A stretch of DNA of 64,000 bases from Candidatus Krumholzibacteriota bacterium (GCA_963764625.1 CAVXTH010000006.1:128001-192000); one strand, 5' to 3'. Numbered from the stretch's first letter, positions 1 through 9,591 are shown. Translations and numbers: made by a program. Notes: a model not told the origin generated them from the sequence alone.

Positions 1-1106
1 TGATCGAATCTCGCCGCGAGAAGATCCTCGAAGAGTTTTGCGGGCTGCGGCTGATCCAGACCCAGATCGAATCGATGAGCAACGCGCTGCGAGTCGTTCT
101 GCAGAAGATGGACGACACCCAGCGGCAGATCACCCAGTGCGAGGACTTCCTCGGCCTCTCCTACACCGAGCTCAATCGCACCCAGAAGGAAATTGGCAAC
201 AAGAAGAGCGTGAAGGTGAAGGGCAAGGGCGAGTTCACGCGCAAGGAGCTGCTGGACTTTCAGAAGAAGATCCGTTCTCTGCGCTCGCGGGTGAAGGGCA
301 TGGAGGACGCGATCGGTCTCTCCAAGGAGCAACTCACCGTACTGGTCGACGAAATCGAAGCGGGAGAGCGCCAGTTCCAGAAGGCGGTGAAGGACATGAT
401 CGAGGCCAACGTGCGTCTCGTGATCTCCATTGCCAAGCGCTACACGAATCGGGGGCTGGAATTCCTCGACCTCATCCAGGAAGGCAACAGCGGGCTCATG
501 CGCGCGGTCGAGAAATTCGATTATCGCAAGGGCTACAAGTTCTCCACCTACGCCACCTGGTGGATTCGCCAGGCCATCACGCGCGCCATCGCCGATCAGG
601 CGCGGACGATTCGCGTTCCGGTGCACATGATCGAGGCCATCAACAAAGTGAACCGGGTCAACCGTCAGCTCCTGCAAGAATTCGGACGCGATCCCTCTCC
701 CGCCGAGGTCGCCAAGCGTCTGGATATGCCGGCCGAGAAGGTCACGAGCGTGATGAAGGCCAGTCTCGAACCGGTTTCTCTGGACCGCCCCATCGGGGAA
801 GACGAAGACTCGAACCTGGGCGATTTCATCGAGGACTCCAATGCCCCCAGCCCGGCCCGCCAGGCGGCACACGCGATGCTGCAGGATCGAATGAACCGGG
901 TGCTCTCCACCCTGACCCGCCGCGAAGAGAAAGTCATTCGTCTGCGCTTCGGTCTGGGAGACGGAACCCCGCGCACTCTGGAAGAGGTGGGGACCATCTT
1001 CAAGGTCACGCGTGAGCGGGTTCGCCAGATCGAGGCGAAGGCCCTCCGGAAGCTGCGTCACCCATCCCGGGCGAGGAAGCTGAAGGGCTATTCGGAGATC
1101 ATCTAG
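1..1106 (+). CDS. rpoD: RNA polymerase primary sigma factor sigma-70 (5' end outside window)
   Basis: Regions 2-4 motifs [50 protein letters not shown] and [19 protein letters not shown]. The frame is open back to the window start. Confidence 0.97.
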   Translation, partial: IESRREKILEEFCGLRLIQTQIESMSNALRVVLQKMDDTQRQITQCEDFLGLSYTELNRTQKEIGNKKSVKVKGKGEFTRKELLDFQKKIRSLRSRVKGMEDAIGLSKEQLTVLVDEIEAGERQFQKAVKDMIEANVRLVISIAKRYTNRGLEFLDLIQEGNSGLMRAVEKFDYRKGYKFSTYATWWIRQAITRAIADQARTIRVPVHMIEAINKVNRVNRQLLQEFGRDPSPAEVAKRLDMPAEKVTSVMKASLEPVSLDRPIGEDEDSNLGDFIEDSNAPSPARQAAHAMLQDRMNRVLSTLTRREEKVIRLRFGLGDGTPRTLEEVGTIFKVTRERVRQIEAKALRKLRHPSRARKLKGYSEII

Positions 1107-1145
1107 GCTTTGGGCGCGCCGCTTCCAGGGTGGGAGGCGGGCGAC

Positions 1146-1174
1146 TTGACCCCCCGGAAGCGGAATGCTAGCTT
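1146..1174 (+). promoter_or_regulatory. sigma-70 promoter for the tRNA operon
   Basis: TTGACC (1146-1151), 17-bp spacer, TAGCTT (1169-1174) with extended -10 TGn, 17 nt upstream of the tRNA. Confidence 0.65.
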
Positions 1175-1191
1175 GTCGGACCGGTCATTGT

Positions 1192-1265
1192 GGGCCCATA
1201 GCTCAGTTGGTGAGAGCTGCCGGCTCATAACCGGTTGGTCCCAGGTTCAAGTCCTGGTGGGCCCA
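1192..1265 (+). tRNA. tRNA with CAT anticodon, most likely tRNA-Ile2 (lysidine-modified); CCA not encoded
   Basis: Cloverleaf: GGGCCCA/TGGGCCC acceptor stem, GCCGG-CTCATAA-CCGGT anticodon arm, TTCAAGT T-loop. It lacks initiator features (C1 mismatch, GGG/CCC anticodon stem), and a position after rpoD is typical of Ile2. Confidence 0.9.
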
Positions 1266-1279
1266 GTTTCATAGGGGAG

Positions 1280-1356
1280 GGGCGGTTAGCTCAGCTGGCT
1301 AGAGCGCTCGCCTCACACGCGAGAGGTCACTGGTTCAAGTCCAGTACCGCCCACCA
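1280..1356 (+). tRNA. tRNA-Val(CAC), CCA encoded
   Basis: GGGCGGT/ACCGCCC acceptor stem, CTCGC-CTCACAC-GCGAG anticodon arm, TTCAAGT T-loop, terminal ACCA. Confidence 0.95.
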
Positions 1357-1371
1357 TCTCCTGGATTCGGA

Positions 1372-1504
1372 CTGACGCACCCCTGCAGGAGGGCCATTGA
1401 AGGTCAGGAAAGTTCTTACGCGCGACGAGACTCCCCAGGGGACCGGTGCCCGTTTGGCCGTAGGCCGAAGCGAGCGTCAGCAGGTCTCGTCTTTGATGAC
1501 TGCA
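1372..1504 (+). ncRNA. candidate structured RNA of unknown family
   Basis: Several complementary segments, including a crossing (pseudoknot) pairing. It lies between tRNA-Val and an intrinsic terminator, with no credible ORF. Confidence 0.4.
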
Positions 1505-1506
1505 CG

Positions 1507-1538
1507 AAAGGGCGCCACCGGCGCCCTTTGTTTTTTTT
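1507..1538 (+). terminator. Rho-independent terminator
   Basis: AAAGGGCGCC-ACC-GGCGCCCTTT 10-bp stem followed by G and T8. Confidence 0.9.
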
Positions 1539-1608
1539 GCACATTTCGGCTCCCCATGGCGGACTACGCTCCACCCTTGCAAGGGGCAAGAGTTTCAGGA
1601 GGCATCTC

Positions 1609-2388
1609 GTGGTGAATTCTGTAGACCCCCGCGTTCTTTCACAGCTTTCCGCGCACGACTTCAAAGCGGAGGAGTGCCAGCAGGCCATCCGGTCGATGAA
1701 CCAGCGTCGTGAAACTCTGGCGCAACTCGAACGGGAGTACGCGGCCGAGACGGCACAGGCCAAGACGCGACTCGACGAGCACACACTCCAGATCCGGCAG
1801 GCCGAGTTGGAGGTGGCGGAGATGCATCGCCAATCCAAAGTCCATCAGGGACACCTCAACGAGATCTCCGACAGCCGCGAGTACCGAGCCCTGAACGAGG
1901 AGATCCGCTACATCCAGCGCCAGATCGCCGAAAACGAAGAGAAGACTCTCGGTATCATGGAGGAATCGGAGAAGGCGGCGAAAGCTCTTCAGGAGAGCCG
2001 CGAAGAGTTCAATCGGCGGCGCGCGGAGTTCGATCGCGAACGCGAGCAGATCGAAACAGATCTGGTGGATCAACGCGAGAAACTCGAGACCTACCTGAAA
2101 GTGCGTTCGGAGTTCTACCAGCAGATTCCTCCGGCGACGCGAGAGTTCTACGAGCATCGGAGCAAACGCCAGACCATGCCGGTGGTGTGGATGGACGACG
2201 GCGATTCCTGCGGGCACTGCCACCATCGGCTCACGCCGCAGGCTCGACTCGAAGTGATCAGCGCCAAGAACCTGGTGACCTGCGAGAGCTGCGGGCGGGT
2301 GATCGTCGCTTCCCCCGATGTGATACAAGACGCGGCGCCCCAGGCCAAGGCAGAGCAGGGCAACCATCAGGAGATCTCCAAGCCTTGA
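1609..2388 (+). CDS. coiled-coil protein with C-terminal C4-type zinc ribbon (DUF164/zf-RING_7 family)
   Basis: Long helical region, then CGHCH...CESCGR. GTG start 6 nt after AGGAGG. Conserved neighbour of rnhA and rnpB. Confidence 0.85.
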   Translation: MVNSVDPRVLSQLSAHDFKAEECQQAIRSMNQRRETLAQLEREYAAETAQAKTRLDEHTLQIRQAELEVAEMHRQSKVHQGHLNEISDSREYRALNEEIRYIQRQIAENEEKTLGIMEESEKAAKALQESREEFNRRRAEFDREREQIETDLVDQREKLETYLKVRSEFYQQIPPATREFYEHRSKRQTMPVVWMDDGDSCGHCHHRLTPQARLEVISAKNLVTCESCGRVIVASPDVIQDAAPQAKAEQGNHQEISKP

Positions 2389-3005
2389 GCTCCGGTGACC
2401 GCAAACGCCTCCTGGAGGAATTGACCAAGGGTCCCGCTTTCGCCCGCGCGGCGAAAGCGGCGGGGTACGACTCCAAGGAGGAGGCGGCAGCGGACTTGGA
2501 GGCACCACTGCCCCGCCGCGCCACCCGCGCTTCGCGCTCCGACCCCGCGGAGGCCCTTCCCGGCGCGTGCTCCGAGCGCTCTCCCTACCCACCTCGCTCG
2601 ACGGCAGTCGCACATTCCGACGGAGCCAGTCGCGGGAACCCCGGGCCGGCATCTTACGGCTGTGTCTACCTCACCGTGGACGGCACGGTTCTCTGCGCCG
2701 AGGGGGCGGTCATCGGCAACGCCACCAACAACATCGCCGAATACCGGGGTGCCATTGCCGCCCTGACCCGCCTGCGGGATTGGGGCGAATCGCAGATCAT
2801 CCTTCGGCTCGACTCCCAACTGATCGCCCGCCAACTCGACGGTAGCTACAAGGTGAAAAACGAGGGCTTGAAGCCCTTGCACGCTCAGGCCAAGGCGATT
2901 CTCGCTGGCTTCTCCTCGGTGAAGATCGAGTACATTCCGCGCAAGCAGAACGCCCTCGCCGACCATTACGCCAACCTGGCGCTGGACGGCAAGCTATCCG
3001 CCTGA
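2385..3005 (+). CDS. rnhA: ribonuclease HI family protein with N-terminal extension
   Basis: SDGASRGNPGPA, ATNNIAEY, DSQLIARQ and IPRKQNALAD motifs. TTG start overlaps the upstream stop (TTGA); start is inferred. Confidence 0.88.
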   Translation: MSSGDRKRLLEELTKGPAFARAAKAAGYDSKEEAAADLEAPLPRRATRASRSDPAEALPGACSERSPYPPRSTAVAHSDGASRGNPGPASYGCVYLTVDGTVLCAEGAVIGNATNNIAEYRGAIAALTRLRDWGESQIILRLDSQLIARQLDGSYKVKNEGLKPLHAQAKAILAGFSSVKIEYIPRKQNALADHYANLALDGKLSA

Positions 3006-3024
3006 CTAGACTCTGAGAACGATC

Positions 3025-3414
3025 GCGAGCGGAAGCCGGCCAGACGGTCGCGGGCGGTTTGTTGCCGTCCGAGGAAAGTCCGAGCACCACAGGGCAGGAT
3101 GCTGGTTAACGGCCAGAGGGAGTGATCCCAAGGAAAGTGCCACAGAAAACAAACCGCCTACGGGAGCGAATGCTCTCCGGCAAGGGTGAAACGGTGGGGT
3201 AAGAGCCCACCGCCCTCCCGGTGACGGGAGGGGCAGCGGTAAACCCCATCCGGTGCAAGACCAAATAGAGGGGAAGAGGCGGCCCGCCTCGTCTGACTCC
3301 TGGGTTGGTCGCACGAGATCACGGGTAACCGTGATCCAAGATAAATGGTCGTCGTCCCGGCCCTCGTGAGAGTGTCGGGAAACAGAACTCGGCTTACGGC
3401 CGACTTCAGCTCGC
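3025..3414 (+). ncRNA. rnpB: RNase P RNA (bacterial type A)
   Basis: GAGGAAAGTCCGAGC, AAGTGCCACAGAAA, GGGTGAAACGGTGGGGTAAGAGCCCACC and ACAGAACTCGGCTTA conserved blocks. P1 is GAAGCCGGCC/GGCCGACTTC. Confidence 0.97.
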
Positions 3415-3464
3415 CTCGAGTTCTTCGTTCATCGCCGTCGCGTATTCCAGAGGGAGTGGGTGTT

Positions 3465-5210
3465 TTGGTCGAGAAAGGTCCCGGGCGAACTTGGATGGTG
3501 CCGAACAATCCCCCTCAGGGGGATTTCGAGTTCCTGCGCCAAGAAACGCAACTGCCCAGGCCCGCGATCGAAGTGCTCCTCAACCGTGGCCTGAGTGATC
3601 CCGAGCAGATTCATGCCATGCTGAGTGCGGGCGAGGAGCAACTGAACGATCCCTTCCTCTTGGCCGATCTCGAAGGGGCCGCCCGGCGGCTGGCCCTAGC
3701 CGTGCAGAAAGAAGAGAGGATCGTTGTGCACGGCGATTACGACTGCGATGGAATCGCCGGCGCCGTCATCCTCACCGGAGCGCTGCGTCGACTGGGGGCC
3801 AAGATCGAACCCTTCGTTCCCGACCGCGAGAGAGATGGCTACGGCGTCTCCAAGCGACTGGTTCGTCACGCGGGGAGCAAAGGGGTTTCCCTTCTCATCA
3901 CGGTCGATACCGGCAGCTCGGCGCACGAGGCTCTGAACCTCGCGCTTGAATTGGGAATCGAGAGCATCGTCTGCGACCACCATCTCTTCACCACGCGCCC
4001 CGAGGGCGCGAAATGGTTGATCAATCCCCAGCGCGACGACGACCGTTCACCCAACAAGGGACTGTGCGGCACCGCGGTGGCGTGGAAACTCATCCGCGGA
4101 GTCGAACTCGTTCTGGGACGCGAGGCCGATTCGGCCCGTGAGTTGGACCTGGTTGCTCTGGCCCTCCTTTCCGATCAGATGCCGCTGACGGGAGAGAACC
4201 GCGCGCTGTGCCGCCTGGGTCTTTCGCGCATGCGAAAGGGGGAACGGCCTGGACTGGTCGCGCTGCAGGAGACGGCGCGCATCAACACTTTGCTGCTCGA
4301 CGAACAAGACGTGCTCTACCAGATCGCGCCGCGCATCAATGCGGCGGGAAGGATCGCCTCCGCGCTGCTCGCGGTGGAGCTGCTCCTGGCCGAGGATCTC
4401 TCCCAGGCGCGGCCCTTGGCCTGGGAGCTGGACTCTTCGAACCGCCAGCGTCGGAAGATCGACGCCGCGGTGACCGAGGAGGCGTTCCAGCAGGCGGAGG
4501 AACTTCTAGAGCAAGAGGATCTGGCCGGCCTGGTCCTGGCCAGCACCACCTGGCACATGGGCGTGGTGGGAATCGCCGCCTCGCGCGTGGTCGAGCGCTT
4601 CCACCGTCCCGCAGTGCTCTTGGCGATCGCCGGCGAGGAGGCAAGGGGAAGCGGTCGCAGCGTCGACGGCTTCCACCTCAAGCACGCCCTGGACGAATGT
4701 TCCGAGCATCTGAGCCGTTACGGAGGGCACGCGGCGGCGGCGGGAATGACTCTGGCGCGGGCGAAAATTCCCCAGTTCCGGCGCTCCTTCGCCGCCTCGG
4801 TGGCCCAACTGCCGCTGGATCCGGAGCGGCCGCCGCTGCGGCTGGACGCGCGGCTCCTGCTCAGCGATTTGAATGAGGCTCTGGTCCACTTTCTGCAACG
4901 ATTTGGACCCTATGGACAAGGCCATCCCGAGCCGCTTTTCGGGGCTTTCTCCCTGCTTCGCCAGGATCAACGGGTACTGAAGGAAGCCCATTTGAAGCTC
5001 CAGCTGGCGCAGGGAGGCGTGGGTCGATCCTTCATCGGTTTTGGCCTTGCGCCTGATTTCGCGCATTTTATACAGAAGTGGCCCTCGTTGGATGTGGCGT
5101 TCCACGTGCGGTATCAGCCGCGGGGGTCGTACGATCCCTGGCAGCTTCGAATCAGGGACTTGAGGCAGTCCGAGGGGGCGCTGCCCGGAAAGAAGGAGGT
5201 GAGCTCATGA
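3465..5210 (+). CDS. recJ: single-stranded DNA exonuclease RecJ
   Basis: HGDYDCDG, TVDTG, DHH, PRINAAGR, GSGRS and GGHAAAAG (DHH/DHHA1) motifs. Start is approximate, placed after rnpB. Confidence 0.95.
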   Translation: MVEKGPGRTWMVPNNPPQGDFEFLRQETQLPRPAIEVLLNRGLSDPEQIHAMLSAGEEQLNDPFLLADLEGAARRLALAVQKEERIVVHGDYDCDGIAGAVILTGALRRLGAKIEPFVPDRERDGYGVSKRLVRHAGSKGVSLLITVDTGSSAHEALNLALELGIESIVCDHHLFTTRPEGAKWLINPQRDDDRSPNKGLCGTAVAWKLIRGVELVLGREADSARELDLVALALLSDQMPLTGENRALCRLGLSRMRKGERPGLVALQETARINTLLLDEQDVLYQIAPRINAAGRIASALLAVELLLAEDLSQARPLAWELDSSNRQRRKIDAAVTEEAFQQAEELLEQEDLAGLVLASTTWHMGVVGIAASRVVERFHRPAVLLAIAGEEARGSGRSVDGFHLKHALDECSEHLSRYGGHAAAAGMTLARAKIPQFRRSFAASVAQLPLDPERPPLRLDARLLLSDLNEALVHFLQRFGPYGQGHPEPLFGAFSLLRQDQRVLKEAHLKLQLAQGGVGRSFIGFGLAPDFAHFIQKWPSLDVAFHVRYQPRGSYDPWQLRIRDLRQSEGALPGKKEVSS

Positions 5211-7429
5211 TCCGCGGAATCGAATCGACCTCGACAAGCGACTATCTGGATATGGAAGGTCGGATGCGCGCGATCGTGAGCCGTGTCAAGGGCTACCATC
5301 GCAGCGCCGATTTCGAGAAACTCTGGCGCGCGTTCCACCTGGGGCGAAAGGCCCACGACGGACAGAAGCGCCGCAGTGGAGAGCCCTACTTCACCCACGC
5401 GCTCAGCGTGGCGGAGGAACTCACCGAGCTGAGGCTCGACGTTGAGACCATCGTGGCGGGACTTCTCCACGACACGGTGGAGGACACCGGCATCTCTCTG
5501 GATGATCTGCGCCGTGATTTCGGCGAAGAAGTGGCTCTGCTCGTCGATGGAGTCACCAAGATCGGTGAGATCCACTACGAGAATCCGGAAGCCCAGCAGG
5601 CGGAAAACTACCGCAAGCTCCTTCTCACCATCGCCAAGGACATCAGGGTCATTCTCATCAAGCTGGCGGATCGCCTGCACAACATGGCCACACTCGACTC
5701 GATGCCCGAAGATCGCCGCATCGCAATCGCCCAGGAGACCTTGAACGTCTACGCGCCGCTGGCCCACCGCTTCGGGATCGCCCGCGTCAAATGGGAATTA
5801 GAGGACATGGGCTTCAAGACCTTGCATCCCGAGGACTATCTCGAAGTCCAGGCCGCGGTGAACGCCAAGCGCGCGGAACGCGAGAAGATGTTGGAGGAAT
5901 TCCAGAGGCCGCTGATGGCGCGTCTGGAAGAAGCGGGGATCCAGGCCAAGATCCAGGGGCGCCCCAAGCACTTCTATTCGATCTGGAAGAAGATGCAGAG
6001 CCAGGGCGCCAGGAGCATCGAACAGATCTACGACTTGCTCGCGGTTCGCATTCTGGTGAACACGACGGCGGAGTGTTACCACGCTCTGGGAGTCGTGCAC
6101 TCCACCTTCAATCCCATCCACGATCGCATCAAAGACTACATTGCCGCCCCCAAAGTAAATCTCTACCAGTCCTTGCACACCACGGTCCACGGGCCCAACG
6201 GCCACCTCTACGAAGTGCAGATCCGCACCAACCAGATGCACCGTCGGGCCGAGATCGGGATCGCCGCCCACTGGCGGTACAAGGAGGGCATCGACGGCCA
6301 CCTCGACGAGCGAATGGATCAGCAACTGCGTTGGTTCCGCGAGGTGCTCGATTGGCAGCGCGACGTCAGCGACCCACGCGAGTTCATGGATGCCCTGAAG
6401 ATCGATCTCTTCGAGGAAGAGGTGTACGTCTTCAGCCCGGCCGGCGATCTCTTCCGCCTTCCCCACGGCAGTACGCCTCTCGACTTCGCCTTCAGCGTAC
6501 ACAGCGAAGTGGGCTTGCACTGCAGCGGCGCGCGAGTGGAGGGCCGTCTGGTGCCTCTGCGTTACGAGCTCAAGAGCGGCGAGACGGTCGAGATCGTCAC
6601 CCGCAAGAACGCGCAACCGAGTTATCACTGGCTCGACATCGTGAGGACCTCGCGCGCGAAGCACCACATCCGCCACTGGATGAAAGCGCATCAGGTGGAG
6701 CAGTCCATCCGCATGGGGCGCGAAATGATCGAACGCGAGCTCAAGAAGCGGCACGTGAAGCTTCAGCTCGACAAGGAACTCATCGAGGTAGCACAGGCGC
6801 TGGGCCACCAGGAGGTCAGCCGCCTTTTGGCCGCGGTGGGAAGAGGCACCATCGCACTACTGAAGGTCGTCAACCGGATTGCTCCGGAGGAACAGAAGCA
6901 CAAGAGGGCCTCGATTCCTCAACGCCTGCAGCAGGCTCTGAAGAGGCGAGGCCAAGGCGCGGTCCGCATCCAGGGCCTCGACAACCTGATGGTGCGTTTC
7001 GCCAAGTGTTGCCAGCCAGTTCCCGGAGACGTCATCACGGGTATCGTCTCCATCGGGCATGGGGTCTCGATCCATCGCGTCGACTGCACCAACGTGAGCC
7101 AGGGACTGATCGACGAGGACCGCCGGATCGAGGTGGAATGGGACGTTCCGGAGGACGCCGTGTTTCCGGTGCAGCTCAGCGTCATCGGGGAGGACAGAAA
7201 GAACCTGCTCGCCGACATTTCCCGATCGATCGCCGATCTCGACTGCAACATCCAGGCGGGCACTTTCGAGGGCAGCAACGAATACGCGCGGTGCACTTTC
7301 ATGGTCGAGGTCCGCAACCTCCATCATCTCAGCAAGATCATCACGGCCATCCGCAAGATCTCCAGCGTCAGCCGGGTCGAGCGCGCCGTCTTCGCGCAGG
7401 GGGATATTCCGGCCGAGGATCCATCTTGA
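5207..7429 (+). CDS. rel: bifunctional (p)ppGpp synthetase/hydrolase Rel
   Basis: HD motif (LLHDTVEDT), IKLADRLHN, YQSLHT and EVQIRT, followed by TGS, ZFD (KCCQP) and ACT domains. ATGA overlap with recJ. Confidence 0.96.
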   Translation: MIRGIESTSTSDYLDMEGRMRAIVSRVKGYHRSADFEKLWRAFHLGRKAHDGQKRRSGEPYFTHALSVAEELTELRLDVETIVAGLLHDTVEDTGISLDDLRRDFGEEVALLVDGVTKIGEIHYENPEAQQAENYRKLLLTIAKDIRVILIKLADRLHNMATLDSMPEDRRIAIAQETLNVYAPLAHRFGIARVKWELEDMGFKTLHPEDYLEVQAAVNAKRAEREKMLEEFQRPLMARLEEAGIQAKIQGRPKHFYSIWKKMQSQGARSIEQIYDLLAVRILVNTTAECYHALGVVHSTFNPIHDRIKDYIAAPKVNLYQSLHTTVHGPNGHLYEVQIRTNQMHRRAEIGIAAHWRYKEGIDGHLDERMDQQLRWFREVLDWQRDVSDPREFMDALKIDLFEEEVYVFSPAGDLFRLPHGSTPLDFAFSVHSEVGLHCSGARVEGRLVPLRYELKSGETVEIVTRKNAQPSYHWLDIVRTSRAKHHIRHWMKAHQVEQSIRMGREMIERELKKRHVKLQLDKELIEVAQALGHQEVSRLLAAVGRGTIALLKVVNRIAPEEQKHKRASIPQRLQQALKRRGQGAVRIQGLDNLMVRFAKCCQPVPGDVITGIVSIGHGVSIHRVDCTNVSQGLIDEDRRIEVEWDVPEDAVFPVQLSVIGEDRKNLLADISRSIADLDCNIQAGTFEGSNEYARCTFMVEVRNLHHLSKIITAIRKISSVSRVERAVFAQGDIPAEDPS

Positions 7430-7875
7430 GAGTCGTTCTCCAGAGGGTGAGTCGTGCCGAGGTCCGGGTGGCGGGCGAAGTGACAGGCCGCATCGGCAAG
7501 GGCCTTTTGCTGCTGGCGGGATTTCACGAGGCGGATCGCCCGGAGGACCTCGAGTGGATGGCGCGAAAGTGCGTCGAGGTGAGGGTCTTTCGCGACGACG
7601 GTGGCAAGACCAATCTCAGTCTTCACGAGGTCGAGGGTGAGATCCTGCTCGTGAGTCAATTCACCCTCTACGGCGACTGTCACAAGGGGCGGCGCCCCAC
7701 CTTCCTGCAATCGGCGCCGCCGGAGCTGGCGGAAGCTTCGTACGAGGAATTCACTCGACTCTTGCGCGCACAGGACGTCGCGGTAAAGAGGGGAGTCTTC
7801 GGCGCGCGGATGGAGGTCGAACTCTTGGGTGACGGGCCCTTCACTCTGGTCCTGGAGCGCGGGGGAAGCTCGTGA
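7426..7875 (+). CDS. dtd: D-aminoacyl-tRNA deacylase
   Basis: RVVLQRVSRA, VSQFTLYG, KGRRP, FGARMEV and DGPFT motifs in the tail of ORF 5791..7875. TTGA overlap with rel. Confidence 0.93.
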   Translation: MRVVLQRVSRAEVRVAGEVTGRIGKGLLLLAGFHEADRPEDLEWMARKCVEVRVFRDDGGKTNLSLHEVEGEILLVSQFTLYGDCHKGRRPTFLQSAPPELAEASYEEFTRLLRAQDVAVKRGVFGARMEVELLGDGPFTLVLERGGSS

Positions 7876-8486
7876 GCGCCAACGGCCATCCCTTCTTGCG
7901 GCCTCTGGGCCGGCCGCTCGTCTTGGCCAGCAGAAGTCCACGCCGTGCTGCCATCCTGCGCCAGCACGGGCTCGACTTCGAGGTCCTCCCTCCGGAGATC
8001 GACGAAGATCCCCGTCCCCACGAGGATCCCAGGGAGTACGTTTCCCGGCTGGGAACGGAAAAGGCGCGGCTCGCCGCCACGCAACGTCCCCAGAGCGTGT
8101 GTCTTGGCTGTGACACGGTCGTGCTGCTCGACGGTGAGATGCTGGGCAAGCCGCGCGACGAGAACGAAGCCTGCTCGATGCTCGAGCGCCTGGCAAAAAA
8201 AGAGCACCTCGTACTTTCCTCTCTGGCACTGGTCCAAGCCGAGGAGAACTTCGATCGGGTCGGCCTGCAGGAAACGCGGGTGGGGTTTCGGCCGCTGAGC
8301 CGACGTGAGATCGAAGCTTACGTGGCCACTAACGAGCCCTACGACAAGGCAGGCGGGTACGGAATCCAGGCCTATGGATCGATGCTGGTGGCGTGGATTC
8401 AAGGGTGTTACTTCAACGTCATGGGTTTGCCCTTGGAGGTCCTGCGCCGCCTGTGGGGTGAGTACGCAGAGAGCACGAAGGGCTGA
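7872..8486 (+). CDS. maf: Maf family nucleoside triphosphate pyrophosphatase
   Basis: LASRSPRR, GCDTVV, GKP, DKAGGYGIQ and NVMGLP motifs. Confidence 0.94.
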   Translation: MSANGHPFLRPLGRPLVLASRSPRRAAILRQHGLDFEVLPPEIDEDPRPHEDPREYVSRLGTEKARLAATQRPQSVCLGCDTVVLLDGEMLGKPRDENEACSMLERLAKKEHLVLSSLALVQAEENFDRVGLQETRVGFRPLSRREIEAYVATNEPYDKAGGYGIQAYGSMLVAWIQGCYFNVMGLPLEVLRRLWGEYAESTKG

Positions 8487-8504
8487 GACCCGACGGGAGA
8501 CGGC

Positions 8505-9551
8505 ATGCGATATCCTACGGTCGATTACGAGCGCGGCGCGGTTCTGCTTCTCGATCAAACCAAGATTCCGCGCGAGGTGGTGCAGCTCCGCTGCACCGAT
8601 CTTTCTCTCCTGATCGACGCCATCAAGCGGCTAGCGGTGCGAGGTGCTCCGGCCATCGGCGTCGCCGCCGCTCACGGCGCCACCCTCGCGGCCGATCTTT
8701 CCTTGAAGAAAGGCCACGACGCGGCGCGGCTGCGCGAGGAGGTCAAGAGGGCCCTGAAGGAACTCGCCGCGGCCCGCCCCACCGCGGTGAACCTGCACTG
8801 GGCGGTGGCGCGCATGGAGGTGCTTCTCGACTCGACTGCGGAATCGGATGATGCAACGGCGGTGCGCGACGCGCTTGCGGCCGAAGCGGCGGCGATTCAT
8901 CAGGAAGACATTCAGCTCTGCGTGGACATGGGGGTCCACGGCGCGAAGCTCTTGCCCGATCCCTGCACCGTCCTCACGCACTGCAACACCGGAGCCCTGG
9001 CCACCGCGGGCATCGGCACCGCGCTCGGGGTGGTCTACACTGCGGCGCAGCAGGGCAAGAAGGTGAAGGTGTACGTCGACGAGACGCGGCCGCTCTTGCA
9101 GGGCGCGCGGTTGAACACCTGGGAGCTGGCGGAGAACGGCATTCCCGCGATTCTCATTTGCGACGGGGCCGCTGCCTGGACCATGCGCCGCAAGCACATC
9201 GACCTGGTCATCGTGGGCGCGGATCGCATCGCGGCCAACGGAGACGCCGCCAACAAGATCGGCACTTATTCGCTGGCGGTAAACGCGAAGCGCCACGGCA
9301 TCCCCTTCTACGTCGCGGCGCCCTATTCCACTCTCGACTTGAGCCTCGCGTCGGGGGAGGAGATCCCCATCGAGGAGCGGGCGGCCGAGGAGGTGAGCTG
9401 CTTCCACGGGGCCGAGGTCGCCCAGCCCGGGAGCGCCGTCTTCAACCCGGCCTTCGACGTCACCCCGGCCGAGCTGATTACCGGCATCATCACCGAGCGC
9501 GGGGTGTTTCGGGCCCCCTACGGGAAAAACTTTCACCAAAGTTACGCCTGA
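8505..9551 (+). CDS. mtnA: S-methyl-5-thioribose-1-phosphate isomerase
   Basis: VRGAPAIG, RPTAVNL, THCNTGALAT, ETRPLLQGARL, NKIGTY and NPAFDVTP motifs. Confidence 0.95.
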   Translation: MRYPTVDYERGAVLLLDQTKIPREVVQLRCTDLSLLIDAIKRLAVRGAPAIGVAAAHGATLAADLSLKKGHDAARLREEVKRALKELAAARPTAVNLHWAVARMEVLLDSTAESDDATAVRDALAAEAAAIHQEDIQLCVDMGVHGAKLLPDPCTVLTHCNTGALATAGIGTALGVVYTAAQQGKKVKVYVDETRPLLQGARLNTWELAENGIPAILICDGAAAWTMRRKHIDLVIVGADRIAANGDAANKIGTYSLAVNAKRHGIPFYVAAPYSTLDLSLASGEEIPIEERAAEEVSCFHGAEVAQPGSAVFNPAFDVTPAELITGIITERGVFRAPYGKNFHQSYA

Positions 9552-9591
9552 CTCTCAGTGCCCTCGCTCCCGGTCGTCAAGAGGCGGATTC

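Noticed and set aside
1357-1491. tRNA-associated HDV-like (theta) ribozyme
   Set aside because: The crossing stems have the wrong spacing: 42 nt where P3/L3 should be short, and 3 nt where P1.1/P4/J4-2 should be. The element also does not start at the tRNA 3' end.
1493-1530. Hammerhead-like TTGATGA...GAAA next to a stem
   Set aside because: C3 is missing, stem II cannot pair (C-TGCA-C) and there is no stem I. The hairpin is better explained as the terminator.
1192-1600. tRNA genes as an integration site for a mobile element
   Set aside because: No integrase, no duplicated tRNA 3' end and no compositional shift seen in the window.
3345-3464. N-terminal extension of RecJ and small ORFs across 3006-3508
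   Set aside because: They overlap the RNase P RNA gene and are non-coding.
5791-7425. 694-aa ORF overlapping rel in another frame
   Set aside because: Arg/Pro/Gly-rich off-frame read-through. Only the last 149 aa (dtd) are protein-like.
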